The notes: generated by a model from the letters alone, not told the origin. A stretch of DNA of 64,000 nt from Nostoc sp. (GCF_036919815.1 NZ_JBALCE010000051.1:4819-68818); one strand, 5' to 3'. Shown: positions 9,655 through 18,818, counted from the first letter of the stretch. Numbers and translations: made by a program.

Positions 9655-9787
9655 AATGACGCTCTCTACGTACTCCTGGCGGAGGACAAGCTACGCGCAG
9701 CGTGTCGTTCGCGGTAGCGTTGCGTAGCAAAGACAGACGCTAAAAGCGTAGCTTGCAACTCTTACAGAGTACGCGGACTCGCTAACG
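9655..9787 (-). mobile_element. MITE-like composite repeat (copy B, inverted, with a nested 21-nt insertion)
   Basis: Same element as 6069-6180 in opposite orientation, plus an extra tagcttgcaactcttacagag at about 9749-9769. Confidence 0.7.
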
Positions 9788-9838
9788 TAATTCGTAATTA
9801 ATTACGAATTGTGTTGACACTCTGAAGTACTGAACTGT

Positions 9839-10903
9839 TTATACTGGTACAAATGCTGCTGACACTAACTGTCTGAGTTGTTGGAGTTTAGCTGCTACCA
9901 CACCATTGGTTAATAATTCTTCTGCTTTCGCTAAACCCTCTGGCATATCTGGAGAAATACCACTCCGCCATAGGTAAAATCCGCCATTCCACAAGGCTGT
10001 TTGCATTAGTTCACCTGGTTTACCTGCTAAAACCTGCTGAATATCTGCCACCAGCTCTTCAGTAGTTCCAAGGGGTACGTTCTTGGTAGTAAAGCCGTAA
10101 TCACGCGGTACGAGGTGCAATCGTTCTACCTCTTGGGATGCTACGGCTGAAGATAAGCTGATGATTGCAGTGCGATCGCGCGGTAAGTCGCAACTACCTT
10201 CCAATCCTTTGACTAATGTAAATTTTGTTACTCCCCGCAGCCCCAGAGCTATCTGAAACATCCCTTCTGTCGGCGGATGAACAAACCCAGCAATTACGTG
10301 AGCATCCCCAGCATAAGGACACCAAATTAGCTCCATTGTCGCCAAGGGCGGACGTTTGCCGAGTTGGTCGCGGTACTCCCAAATACTTGTAGTTAAGGGA
10401 AAATGCTGAGGTAGATAAATAAAGCCGATTCCCGTTTGCTCAAATACTTGCTGGGTTTTTGCTAGTGGTAGGGTAGTCCAATCGACTCCTAAACCCTGCC
10501 AAATATCTATTAGGGGTAAGCCGTACTTAGTTGGTAAGCGATCGCCACCGTGCATTATTACTGGTTGTCCAGCTGCGGCGAGTAGTAAAGCTGTTACCGG
10601 ACTGATTGGTGCTGTGCGTGTTCTACCATCATAGGGGATGCCAAGAGCGATCGCAGGTCGTGCAGAGACGATTGGTTGCAGTTTTGGCCCCAGTTCCTCA
10701 TAAGCATCCAACATTCCCGCTAACTCTTCCCCCGTAGGACGCTTGATTCGATGAGCAATCAAAAACGCTCCGATTTGGGCTGGTGTAGCTTCACCCAGCA
10801 GCATCATTTTAGTAGCGGTGGCTGCTTGGACGCGAGTTAAATTCTCGGCTGTATGCTTTCCGCTACCTACTTTTTGGAGTAATTCCCGAAATACATTGCT
10901 CAT
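9839..10903 (-). CDS. cnaT: Anthranilate phosphoribosyltransferase-like protein (glycosyl transferase family 3), CnaT-type
   Basis: TrpD-like N-terminus (LTRVQAATATKMMLLGEATPAQIGAFLIAHRIKRPTGEELAGMLDA). Its 354-aa size and its position next to ntcB match cnaT (all0601) of Anabaena PCC 7120, which is required for nir operon expression. Confidence 0.65.
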   Translation of the reverse strand: MSNVFRELLQKVGSGKHTAENLTRVQAATATKMMLLGEATPAQIGAFLIAHRIKRPTGEELAGMLDAYEELGPKLQPIVSARPAIALGIPYDGRTRTAPISPVTALLLAAAGQPVIMHGGDRLPTKYGLPLIDIWQGLGVDWTTLPLAKTQQVFEQTGIGFIYLPQHFPLTTSIWEYRDQLGKRPPLATMELIWCPYAGDAHVIAGFVHPPTEGMFQIALGLRGVTKFTLVKGLEGSCDLPRDRTAIISLSSAVASQEVERLHLVPRDYGFTTKNVPLGTTEELVADIQQVLAGKPGELMQTALWNGGFYLWRSGISPDMPEGLAKAEELLTNGVVAAKLQQLRQLVSAAFVPV

Positions 10904-11034
10904 TTGTCCATTGTCCTTTGTCCTTTAGACATCTCGAGAAATTAAATATGCGTTATCCAGAACTCTTGTAGAGACGTAGCACTGCTACGTCTCTACATTC
11001 ATTTTCACTCCTATGTTTTTTGTAAATAACCGAG

Positions 11035-11069
11035 AATGACCAATGACTAATGACTAATGACTAATGACA
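11035..11069 (+). repeat. STRR heptamer array (aatgacc/aatgact x5)
   Basis: Five abutting units immediately 3' of the ntcB stop codon. Confidence 0.9.
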
Positions 11070-11070
11070 C

Positions 11071-12018
11071 TTAAGAAGCCGATCGCTGCTGATCAATTTG
11101 TAATGGGATATTTTCGCGCACGATTTGCCAAAAGTGCTTAATGGGGGGAATTTGCAGACGGTCTTGAGTTGTTACCATAACTACCCGACGAGTCAAACTG
11201 GAACCATCTGCTAAACCACTATTACTATTGCTGGCTAGGGAGCGAATCGCCAGGGTAGAATCAAGACGAGCTTCTACTAATGCTGATTGAGGTAGCAAAG
11301 CTATCAGTTGTCCTTGACGCACGACACCCCGGAAGGCATCTAGGGTATTTACCTCTAAAGCCGCCTGGAGTTTAGCTTCCATTCGCTCAAATCTATCTTG
11401 TATTAAGCGCTGCATCCCATAACCATCTTTAAAAACCACTTGAGGATAACGAATTACCTGCAACCAAGGGACACATTCATATTGGGCTAGGGGATGATTG
11501 GCTGCGGTTAGAATTTCTATCGGTTCATCATAAAGTACTTCTACCACCATTTCTCTACCAGTGGTTAAAAAGCGATTATTCATCACAATTGCTAAATCCA
11601 CCAATCCATCTTTGAGGACTTTCAGGGCGCGATCGCTTCCCAATGAAGTCACCCGCAATTGCACCTCTGGATAATCATGACAAAATTTTTGCAACACTGG
11701 TGGTAAGTAAGATCCACATACGGAGTGAATCGCAGCAATACAAAGTTCTGGTTGCTTTCCGGCGATTAAATCAGCTAATTCTTCTGTAGCTGTCTGCCAT
11801 TCTTGGCAAATTTTGCGGACACGGGGGAGTAAAGATTCACCTCCTAGTGTCAATTTTCCATGACTAGTTCTGTGAAACAGTTCTACACCCAAATCTGCTT
11901 CTAATGCCTGGATTTGGCGACTAATTGTTGATTGGGTAACACCACATTTTCGCGCTGCTTGTTGAAAGCTGCCGGTTTGGGCGATCGCTAGAAAGGCTCG
12001 CAACTGCTCTAGGCGCAT
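11071..12018 (-). CDS. ntcB: LysR-family transcriptional activator of nitrate assimilation
   Basis: LysR HTH MRLEQLRAFLAIAQTGSFQQAARKCGVTQSTISRQIQALE. It is 315 aa and lies upstream of, and divergent from, nirA alongside cnaT, as ntcB does in Anabaena/Synechococcus. Confidence 0.7.
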   Translation of the reverse strand: MRLEQLRAFLAIAQTGSFQQAARKCGVTQSTISRQIQALEADLGVELFHRTSHGKLTLGGESLLPRVRKICQEWQTATEELADLIAGKQPELCIAAIHSVCGSYLPPVLQKFCHDYPEVQLRVTSLGSDRALKVLKDGLVDLAIVMNNRFLTTGREMVVEVLYDEPIEILTAANHPLAQYECVPWLQVIRYPQVVFKDGYGMQRLIQDRFERMEAKLQAALEVNTLDAFRGVVRQGQLIALLPQSALVEARLDSTLAIRSLASNSNSGLADGSSLTRRVVMVTTQDRLQIPPIKHFWQIVRENIPLQIDQQRSAS

Positions 12019-12164
12019 TTTTATGTAGCCTGAATTACATTTATCGGTTTTATTAAGTTAACGGTTTTTTGATCGCAATTTGGTAGGGTTTGTTACAGCT
12101 ATTCTACTAAAACTTAAATTTTTGTAATTAAAGGTTTGTAGTGAGGGCTTCACCCTTGACTACC

Positions 12165-12255
12165 AGGACTTACGCAAACAATAGCCAAAACCCCTATTTT
12201 CACGTAGGGGCAATTCATGAATTGCCCCTACGACGTGTACTTTTGCGTAAGTCCT
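12165..12255. mobile_element. Nested-palindrome MITE-like element
   Basis: Outer arms aggacttacgcaaa (12165-12178) and tttgcgtaagtcct (12242-12255). The inner perfect palindrome is cgtaggggcaattcatgaattgcccctacg (12203-12232). Confidence 0.7.
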
Positions 12256-12323
12256 AACTACGAGCCAATTTAATTATTTTTACATTGAGTAACATAGTTT
12301 GATTTATTATTGCCCACTTAGTT

Positions 12324-12950
12324 TTACAAACTGCTAGAGTTCCGCTCAACAATTCCGACTAAAATGTTCATTAAAGCTTCTAAATCATCGGGTAATGAAT
12401 AAATTTTGATATCTTCTATAATTTGTTGGGCTTTAACATCAAGTCTCCCAAATCGCCAGACATCACCAATAGTAACGGCTCCATACTGAAAAGGCTGTTC
12501 TTCAATTTGGGATAGAGCAATTAATTGAGCGGCTAGTTGCGTAAATCCCCTGGTAATATCATCATTTTTTGCTTCCACAACTAAAAGGTTCTGGTCTGCA
12601 CGAAGAAGATAATCAAGATTTCCTTTGAGCCACTTACTTACCATCAGTGGGTACTCAATTCGTAGCTGACAGTCACAATAGTATGTAGCAACTTCTAATA
12701 GAATTGGTGCAACCAAAGTTTCTCGACGTGCTGTTTCACTTGTCAAACTAACCCGTGGAAGCGTCCGTTCGATTCGGTCTTTTAATTCTTATAATCGGTC
12801 TAAAGGCTTTTGTGTTTTTGGTAGCGATAACCTTGATCGTACCAAAGCATAACCAAGCTCTGCTAAGATTTCTTCTGGCTCATAAGTCATTTCAAAATAC
12901 GAGCGAAAGGTATATTCGCTATCTTCTTGAAGGATTTTAGGTTTTGCCAT
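12324..12950 (-). pseudogene. PD-(D/E)XK / HsdR-N-like nuclease-fold protein interrupted by one in-frame TAA
   Basis: ATG at 12950 and the ORF starting at 12746 are in the same frame (204 nt apart). They are separated only by TAA at 12789-12791: ...KPLDRL*ELKDRIERTLPRVSLTSETARRE.... The motif is D(YLL)...VVEAKND. Confidence 0.55.
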
Positions 12951-13052
12951 AATTCACTACAATCCCACATAATTAATTCTTATTCTGATTGTGGCTTACT
13001 TACGATGAATTAACTGATTAACCGCTAATAATTGGATACAAATACGCGAAAG

Positions 13053-14351
13053 TTACCACTCAGCTAAAGCGATCGCTATTCCTTGTTGTAAATCTGGTGT
13101 GAGTGTGGCGTTAGTTGCTAACTGCTGCAATTGTTGATGTGTGGCTTCAGCGTCTAAATTTTTCAGTGCTGCGATCGCATGTAATCTTACCGATGCATCA
13201 GAATCAGCTAGCAGTGAAATCAATGGTTCAATAGCTTGCATTTTGCCTAACTGTCCTAAAGACAAAGCGATCGCACTTTTAACGTTAGCAATCTCGGTGG
13301 CTGGATGTTGCGGGAGCAGTATTTGCAGTAAAATTTCTGCGGCTGGTGTCGTTAACTGCGGCTTTTGGACTCGCCCCAAAACTGTCACAATTTCTTGCCA
13401 AAGTGTCCCGGAAGTACTTTGATTAAGTGCTGTTTGCAAATATTCCAAACTCGATAATGTCCCCACCCAACTTAAAGCGCGAATGGTTTCTAATTGCAGC
13501 TTTATCGGTGTCTGAGGTAAAATCAGCAAATCAAATAAGTATTTGGCGGCATCATCACAACCCATCCGTGAAAGGGAAACTGCGGCTGCACAACAAACTT
13601 CAAGGTTAAAGTCGTAAAGCTTGGGTTGCAGTCTTGTTACTAAGTCTAATGTTTGGCGTAAGTCGGGGCGAAAACCTAAACCAAGGACTGCTGCACGCCT
13701 AACTGTGGCAGCTATATCATCCAAAGCATTTAACAATACTGGTGGTACACGTTCGTCATGAAAACTGCTGAGGGCTTCAATTGCGGCAGCGCGGATTGCT
13801 GCTTGTGGATCTTGGACTACACTCAATAACGGTGTGATGGTTTCTGGTTGCCGAATACAACAAAGCGATCGCACCGCTAAAAGCCGTGTATCATCATCTA
13901 ATAGAAGTTCAGAGAGGGCAGGGATCGCAACAGTACCCATTTGCCCTAGTGCTGTAGCTGCGATCGGTTTGAGTTCTTCATCCTCATCAGTTTTCAATAA
14001 TTCCACCAAAGACGCGATCGCTTTTGGGTGCTGGAATTCGCCCAAAGTCCTTGCTACATACCAGCGTAATTCTGATTCTGCATCTTCATCTTCTAATATG
14101 TCAATCAGTTCCGGTATGGCAATATTTCCCAAGTCAGTCAACACCTTGGTAATTTCCCAGCGCTGTTGAAAATCCCCCATCTCTAAGATTGAAAGTGCTA
14201 ATTTCAGCAGATATTCTCGATTTTTAACTATCTCTGGATGTTCAGAATTTGCACCTAAAATTAATTGTTGCAAATATTGAATTAGGGATGACCAATCAGC
14301 TGCATTATATGCTGTCTGGGCTTCCACCAAAAGCTGGTTGATGTTACTCAC
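13053..14351 (-). CDS. HEAT-repeat (PBS-lyase-type) protein; occupies the position where nirB lies in other cyanobacteria
   Basis: 432 aa of repeated ~30-aa units (..VR.AA..ALG.., DDD/DEDxxVR). Any link to nitrite reductase maturation is positional only. Confidence 0.55.
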   Translation of the reverse strand: MSNINQLLVEAQTAYNAADWSSLIQYLQQLILGANSEHPEIVKNREYLLKLALSILEMGDFQQRWEITKVLTDLGNIAIPELIDILEDEDAESELRWYVARTLGEFQHPKAIASLVELLKTDEDEELKPIAATALGQMGTVAIPALSELLLDDDTRLLAVRSLCCIRQPETITPLLSVVQDPQAAIRAAAIEALSSFHDERVPPVLLNALDDIAATVRRAAVLGLGFRPDLRQTLDLVTRLQPKLYDFNLEVCCAAAVSLSRMGCDDAAKYLFDLLILPQTPIKLQLETIRALSWVGTLSSLEYLQTALNQSTSGTLWQEIVTVLGRVQKPQLTTPAAEILLQILLPQHPATEIANVKSAIALSLGQLGKMQAIEPLISLLADSDASVRLHAIAALKNLDAEATHQQLQQLATNATLTPDLQQGIAIALAEW

Positions 14352-14386
14352 AAGACTCTGTTTTAATTATTAATTTTCTGCCTTCA

Positions 14387-14800
14387 TTACGTTGGTTTGA
14401 CTACAACTGAATTACCCTCAATCTTGACGGCGTAAGTTTTTAGTGGGTTTGTCGCTGGGCCTTTTTGGACTTTGCCATCAACCCCATATTGTGAACCATG
14501 ACAGGGACAAGCGAATTTTTTCGCCTCAGCTTTCCATCCCACCGTGCAACCTGCGTGAGTACAGGTAGGGTTAACAGCAGACAGATTTTTAGCTTTAGAT
14601 GTGCCGATTACCAACACAGGTCCGACGGGTGAATTTTTCGCTAGTAATTGACCTGTTTTATCTAATTCTGCCGAGGTTCCCACTGTTTGCCAATCTCCAG
14701 ATGCTGAAGTTGTCCCAGAAGAACAGGCTGCGATCGCTACAGGTAGAGAACTCACTATCAAACCCAAACCTACCCAATTAATAAAATCACGACGTTTCAT
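14387..14800 (-). CDS. Small Rieske [2Fe-2S] protein with Tat signal (PetC3/PetC4-like)
   Basis: Twin-arginine leader MKRRDFINWVG. Rieske boxes CTHAGC and CPCHGS. Divergent from nirA. Confidence 0.8.
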   Translation of the reverse strand: MKRRDFINWVGLGLIVSSLPVAIAACSSGTTSASGDWQTVGTSAELDKTGQLLAKNSPVGPVLVIGTSKAKNLSAVNPTCTHAGCTVGWKAEAKKFACPCHGSQYGVDGKVQKGPATNPLKTYAVKIEGNSVVVKPT

Positions 14801-14891
14801 AGCTGTTGAAATAATATCTAAGTTTTAACTAACACAATTTATTTGAAACACCCTTCATTAAGAGTTTTGCGTCGCTTATTGATCACTTTAA

Positions 14892-14904
14892 TGCAAAAAA
14901 TGCA
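14892..14904 (+). promoter_or_regulatory. Candidate NtcB (LysR, T-N11-A) site TGCA-N5-TGCA
   Basis: The sequence is tgcaaaaaatgca. A third ATGCAT lies at 14913-14918. It sits 38 nt upstream of the NtcA box in the nirA/Rieske divergent promoter region. Confidence 0.4.
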
Positions 14905-14942
14905 TACTTTTCATGCATTTTCAGCAATTTTACCAAAAAAGC

Positions 14943-14956
14943 GTAACAATTTATAC
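14943..14956 (+). promoter_or_regulatory. NtcA binding site GTA-N8-TAC of the nirA promoter
   Basis: gtaacaatttatac is the canonical palindromic half-site pair, with a -10 hexamer 22 nt downstream. Confidence 0.6.
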
Positions 14957-14978
14957 GATTTTAACAGAAATCTCGCCT

Positions 14979-14984
14979 TAAGTT
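14979..14984 (+). promoter_or_regulatory. -10 box (TAN3T) of the NtcA-activated nirA promoter
   Basis: taagtt begins 22 nt after the TAC of the NtcA site, giving class II activator geometry. It implies a ~250-nt leader before ATG 15240. Confidence 0.45.
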
Positions 14985-15239
14985 ATGAGTATCGAAATTG
15001 TTACATGAACATTATCTAAACCTGCTTGACAAATTCCCAAGATGTAAATGGCGACAAGTTTTCCTTAACTAATCACGGATTTAGAGTTTCACTTTGGAAT
15101 CCTCTTAAGTAAAAATAATCAGCCTTAAGCAAATATTAAGTTTTTGTTCCCTAACCCTCGCAGATACAACACCTGATGGAACTACGGGTTGATTGATGTT
15201 GGGCAATTATCACTACAAATTCTCACGAGAGTCAGCCTT

Positions 15240-16838
15240 ATGACAGACACTGCAACTACCACCACCAGCCTGAATAAGTTCGAGAAGTTGAAAGCAGAAA
15301 AAGATGGACTCGCCATCAAGAGTGAGATAGAGAAATTTGCCGCCCTGGGCTGGGAAGCAATGAACGAAATAGATCGTGATCATCGACTCAAATGGGTGGG
15401 CGTATTTTTTCGCCCAGTTACCCCAGGTAAGTTTATGATGCGATTGCGGATGCCCAACGGGATTCTTACCAGCAGTCAAATGGGTGTTTTAGCTCAAGTG
15501 GTGCAGCGTTACGGAGATGATGGCTGTGCTGATATTACTACCAGACAGAATATTCAATTACGGGGGATTAGGATTGAAGATTTACCAGATATCTTTAATA
15601 GATTTGACGCAGTTGGTTTAACTACTGTCCAGTCAGGGATGGATAATGTCCGCAATATTACAGGTGATCCCGTGGCGGGGTTGGATGCAGATGAGTTGTA
15701 CGACACGCGAGAGTTGGTACAGCAAATTCAAGATATGCTCACCAACAAAGGGGAAGGAAACCCAGAGTTTAGCAATTTACCACGGAAGTTTAATATTGCG
15801 ATCGCAGGCGGACGAGACAATTCAGTTCACGCTGAAATCAACGATTTGGCTTTTATTCCAGCATTTCAAGAAGCAGGGGAGCAAAATTTAGCCCCTGGCC
15901 ATTCCTATGAAAAAGTTTTCGGGTTTAACGTTTTAGTAGGTGGCTTTTTCTCAGCTAAACGTTGTGAAGCGGCGATTCCTCTCAATGCTTGGGTGGCTCC
16001 AGAAGATGTGGTAACTGTATGTAGAGCGGTTTTGGAAGTCTTTCGTGATCATGGGTTGCGTGCTAATCGGCAAAAATCCCGCTTAATGTGGCTAATTGAT
16101 GAATGGGGTTTAGAAAAGTTTCGAGCAGAAGTAGAAAACCGTTTAGGTAAATCATTATTACCCGCAGCCGCAAAAGATGAAATCGACTGGGAAAAACGCG
16201 ACCACATCGGGGTATATAAACAAAAACAACTAGGATTAAATTACGTAGGCTTGAACATTCCCGTCGGGCGACTGGATGCCGAAAATATGTTTGAAATTGC
16301 TCGTTTAGCGAGAGTTTATGGCAATGGCGAAATCCGTTTAACTGTTGAACAAAACATTGTTATCCCCAACATTTCTGACTCGCGTTTAGAGACATTTTTA
16401 ACAGAGCCTTTGCTGAAAAGGTTTTCCATTGATCCTGGTTTACTGACGCGATCGCTAGTATCTTGCACAGGCGCACAATTTTGCAACTTTGCCCTCATCG
16501 AAACCAAAAACCGCGCCCTGGCAATGATTAAAGCCTTAGAAGAAGAGTTAACCTTCATCAATCCAGTGCGAATTCACTGGACAGGTTGCCCCAATTCCTG
16601 TGGACAGCCCCAAGTTGCAGACATTGGCTTGATGGGAACTAAAACTCGCAAAAATGGCAAAACCTTAGAAGGTGTTGACATATATATGGGCGGCAAAGTT
16701 GGCAAAGATGCCCATTTAGGAACGTGCGTTATTAAAGGCATACCATGCGAAGACTTAGAGCCAGTATTGCAAGATTTACTCATCAAAAACTTTGGGGCAA
16801 AACTCAAGCAGGAAGCCTTAGTAGTTAGTAATTGCTAG
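15240..16838 (+). CDS. nirA: Ferredoxin-nitrite reductase
   Basis: Sirohaem/4Fe-4S cysteine clusters SCTGAQFCNF and TGCPNSCGQ. Typical NirA N-terminus NKFEKLKAEKDG...HRLKWVGVFFR. Start taken at ATG 15240 (MTDTATTT). Confidence 0.9.
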   Translation: MTDTATTTTSLNKFEKLKAEKDGLAIKSEIEKFAALGWEAMNEIDRDHRLKWVGVFFRPVTPGKFMMRLRMPNGILTSSQMGVLAQVVQRYGDDGCADITTRQNIQLRGIRIEDLPDIFNRFDAVGLTTVQSGMDNVRNITGDPVAGLDADELYDTRELVQQIQDMLTNKGEGNPEFSNLPRKFNIAIAGGRDNSVHAEINDLAFIPAFQEAGEQNLAPGHSYEKVFGFNVLVGGFFSAKRCEAAIPLNAWVAPEDVVTVCRAVLEVFRDHGLRANRQKSRLMWLIDEWGLEKFRAEVENRLGKSLLPAAAKDEIDWEKRDHIGVYKQKQLGLNYVGLNIPVGRLDAENMFEIARLARVYGNGEIRLTVEQNIVIPNISDSRLETFLTEPLLKRFSIDPGLLTRSLVSCTGAQFCNFALIETKNRALAMIKALEEELTFINPVRIHWTGCPNSCGQPQVADIGLMGTKTRKNGKTLEGVDIYMGGKVGKDAHLGTCVIKGIPCEDLEPVLQDLLIKNFGAKLKQEALVVSNC

Positions 16839-16864
16839 CGGTTATCAGAAGCATTGCAATACCG

Positions 16865-16959
16865 TTCGGAAAGATCCCCCCGCCTGTGGCGACCCCCTTA
16901 AAAAGGGGGTAAAGAGATATTAGCCCCCCTTTTTAAGGGGGGTTGGGGGGATCTCCGAA
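16865..16959. mobile_element. Palindromic G/C-tract repeat element
   Basis: Arms ttcggaaagatcccccc and ggggggatctccgaa enclose two inner hairpins (ccccctt aaaa aggggg; cccccctttttaagggggg). A related copy lies at 31438-31496. Confidence 0.7.
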
Positions 16960-16990
16960 CACTAAATATCACTAATCCAAGTGTATTGCC

Positions 16991-17179
16991 TTAAAAGCTC
17001 AATGTTTAGTCTCAAAGGTGCAACTTCCGAGTTCAAAGGTGCAACTTCCGAGTTCAAAGGCTCAACCTCCGAGTTCAAAGGTGCAACTTCCGAGTTCAAA
17101 GGTGCAACTTCCGAGTTCAAAGGCTCAACCTCCGAGTTCAAAGGCTCAACTTCCGAGTTCAAAGGCTCAACTCCGACTT
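16991..17179 (+). repeat. 21-bp tandem repeat array (about 7 full units plus degenerate end units) between nirA and nrtP
   Basis: Units tcaaaggtgcaacttccgagt / tcaaaggctcaacctccgagt abut from 17012 to 17158. A degenerate unit lies at each end. Confidence 0.95.
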
Positions 17180-17212
17180 TTCTCTGTGTTTTATTCAATT
17201 AGAAAGATTAGA

Positions 17213-18715
17213 ATGCTTAAAAAATTATTTTCATTCAGCGATCGCTACCGCATCTTACATCAGACTTGGCTTGCTTTTTTTCTCACCTTTGTTTGTTGGT
17301 TTAACTTTGCTCCCTTCGCTACAACCATTGGCAGAGAGCTACATTTAGCGCCAGAGCAAATTAAAACTTTAGCTATCTGTAACCTTGCTCTCACAATTCC
17401 TGCACGGCTAATTATTGGGATGCTTCTGGATCGTTTTGGCCCCAGAATCACCTACTCAATGCTGTTGATGTTTGCGGTTGTTCCTTGTTTGGCGACGGCG
17501 CTAGCGCAAGATTTTAATCAATTAGTCATCAGTCGTTTGCTGATGGGAATTGTTGGATCTGGGTTTGTGGTTGGTATTCGGATGGTGGCGGAATGGTTCC
17601 AGCCGAAGGAGATGGGAATTGCTCAAGGTATTTATGGCGGCTGGGGTAACTTTGGGGCTTTTGGCGCAGAGTTTGCCTTACCGATGCTGGCAGTTTCTAC
17701 TAGCTTTTTCGCTGGTGGTGCTTCTAACTGGAGGTTTGCGATCGCACTCACAGGGATCATTGCAGCCATCTACGGCGTAATTTATTACAATAGCGTCCAA
17801 GATACGCCCGCAGGGAAAGTCTACAAGAAACCTCAGAAGAATGGTTCTCTGGAAGTGACCAGTATTAAAAGCTTCTGGGCGATGATTGTCTCAAATTTTG
17901 GCTTGATTTTCGCCTTGGGTTTATTAGCTTGGCGCTTGGAACAAAAGAACATTCACTTCCTGACTCTGAGCCAAATGTATTTTACTTGGTTGCTATTAGC
18001 AGGATTGTTTGCTTATCAAAGTTACAAAGCTTGGGAGGTAAACGGAGAACTTCTAATTGGCAAGAAAACTTACGCTCCATCGGAACGCTTCCAGTTTGGT
18101 CAAGTAGCTTTACTCGAATTTACTTACATAACTAGCTTTGGTAGCGAACTAGCAGTTGTTTCTATGCTCCCAGCATTTTTTGAAAAAACCTTTGCTTTAG
18201 AGCATGTCGTCGCTGGGATGATTGCCGCTACCTATCCCTTCTTAAATTTGGTTTCTCGTCCTAGTGGTGGCTTAATTTCTGATAAACTTGGCTCACGTAA
18301 ATGGACAATAACAATTATCACTGCTGGCATTGGTGTTAGTTATTTAATGGCACATTTTATTAGTAGTAGCTGGCCGATTCCGCTAGCGATCGCAGTTACA
18401 ATGTTTGCCGCTTACTTTGCCCAAGCTGGCTGCGGTGCAACCTACAGCATCGTACCTCTAATTAAGAAAGAAGCCACTGGACAAATTGCCGGTAATGTAG
18501 GAGCTTACGGTAATTTTGGCGGCGTAGTTTACCTAACAATTTTTAGCTTAACCGACGCTCCCACACTATTTAGCACAATGGGTATAGCTGCACTAATCTG
18601 CGCTTTTATGTGTGCCTTCTTCCTCAAAGAACCAAAAGGTTCCTTTGCCGCTACTTATGAAGGTGAATTACCAGAAACTGCAACTAAAAACCCTATTTTA
18701 TTAACCGAAGAATAA
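17213..18715 (+). CDS. nrtP: MFS nitrate/nitrite permease (NarK/NrtP type)
   Basis: 12-TM MFS protein with nitrate-signature motifs GGWGNFGA and AGNVGAYGNFGG. It lies directly after nirA, as in Nostoc punctiforme. Start at ATG 17213, because the upstream part of ORF 17018 is translated tandem repeat. Confidence 0.85.
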   Translation: MLKKLFSFSDRYRILHQTWLAFFLTFVCWFNFAPFATTIGRELHLAPEQIKTLAICNLALTIPARLIIGMLLDRFGPRITYSMLLMFAVVPCLATALAQDFNQLVISRLLMGIVGSGFVVGIRMVAEWFQPKEMGIAQGIYGGWGNFGAFGAEFALPMLAVSTSFFAGGASNWRFAIALTGIIAAIYGVIYYNSVQDTPAGKVYKKPQKNGSLEVTSIKSFWAMIVSNFGLIFALGLLAWRLEQKNIHFLTLSQMYFTWLLLAGLFAYQSYKAWEVNGELLIGKKTYAPSERFQFGQVALLEFTYITSFGSELAVVSMLPAFFEKTFALEHVVAGMIAATYPFLNLVSRPSGGLISDKLGSRKWTITIITAGIGVSYLMAHFISSSWPIPLAIAVTMFAAYFAQAGCGATYSIVPLIKKEATGQIAGNVGAYGNFGGVVYLTIFSLTDAPTLFSTMGIAALICAFMCAFFLKEPKGSFAATYEGELPETATKNPILLTEE

Positions 18716-18818
18716 TCAACCGAAGGATGAAGTAGTGAAATTAACTATCAGATTTAAATTAGGTAACTTTACACTTGATCCTTCTATAACAGTCCTCAAT
18801 ACAGTTAAGTTAAGCATT

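Noticed and set aside
12025-12038. A second perfect GTA-N8-TAC (gtagcctgaattac), 6 nt upstream of the ntcB start codon.
   Set aside because: It is too close to the ATG to serve as an activator site with a -10 box 22 nt downstream. The motif is also expected by chance about once per 4 kb, so position alone is not evidence. A repressive role cannot be excluded.
12755-12940. 61-aa plus-strand ORF.
   Set aside because: It is antisense to the N-terminal part of the interrupted nuclease-fold gene, which has a much more protein-like translation.
16991-17179. Regular 21-bp periodicity here and at 55881-56151 could be mistaken for CRISPR arrays.
   Set aside because: The units abut directly with no unique spacers. 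The unit is shorter than typical CRISPR repeats, and no cas genes or leader are present.
16962-17212. ORFs 16962-17198 (-), 16981-17202 (+) and the first 65 codons of 17018-18715 (+), which encode heptapeptide repeats (EPLNSEV, KGATSEF, QLPSSKV).
   Set aside because: They are simply the 21-bp array translated in three frames. The real nrtP starts at ATG 17213.
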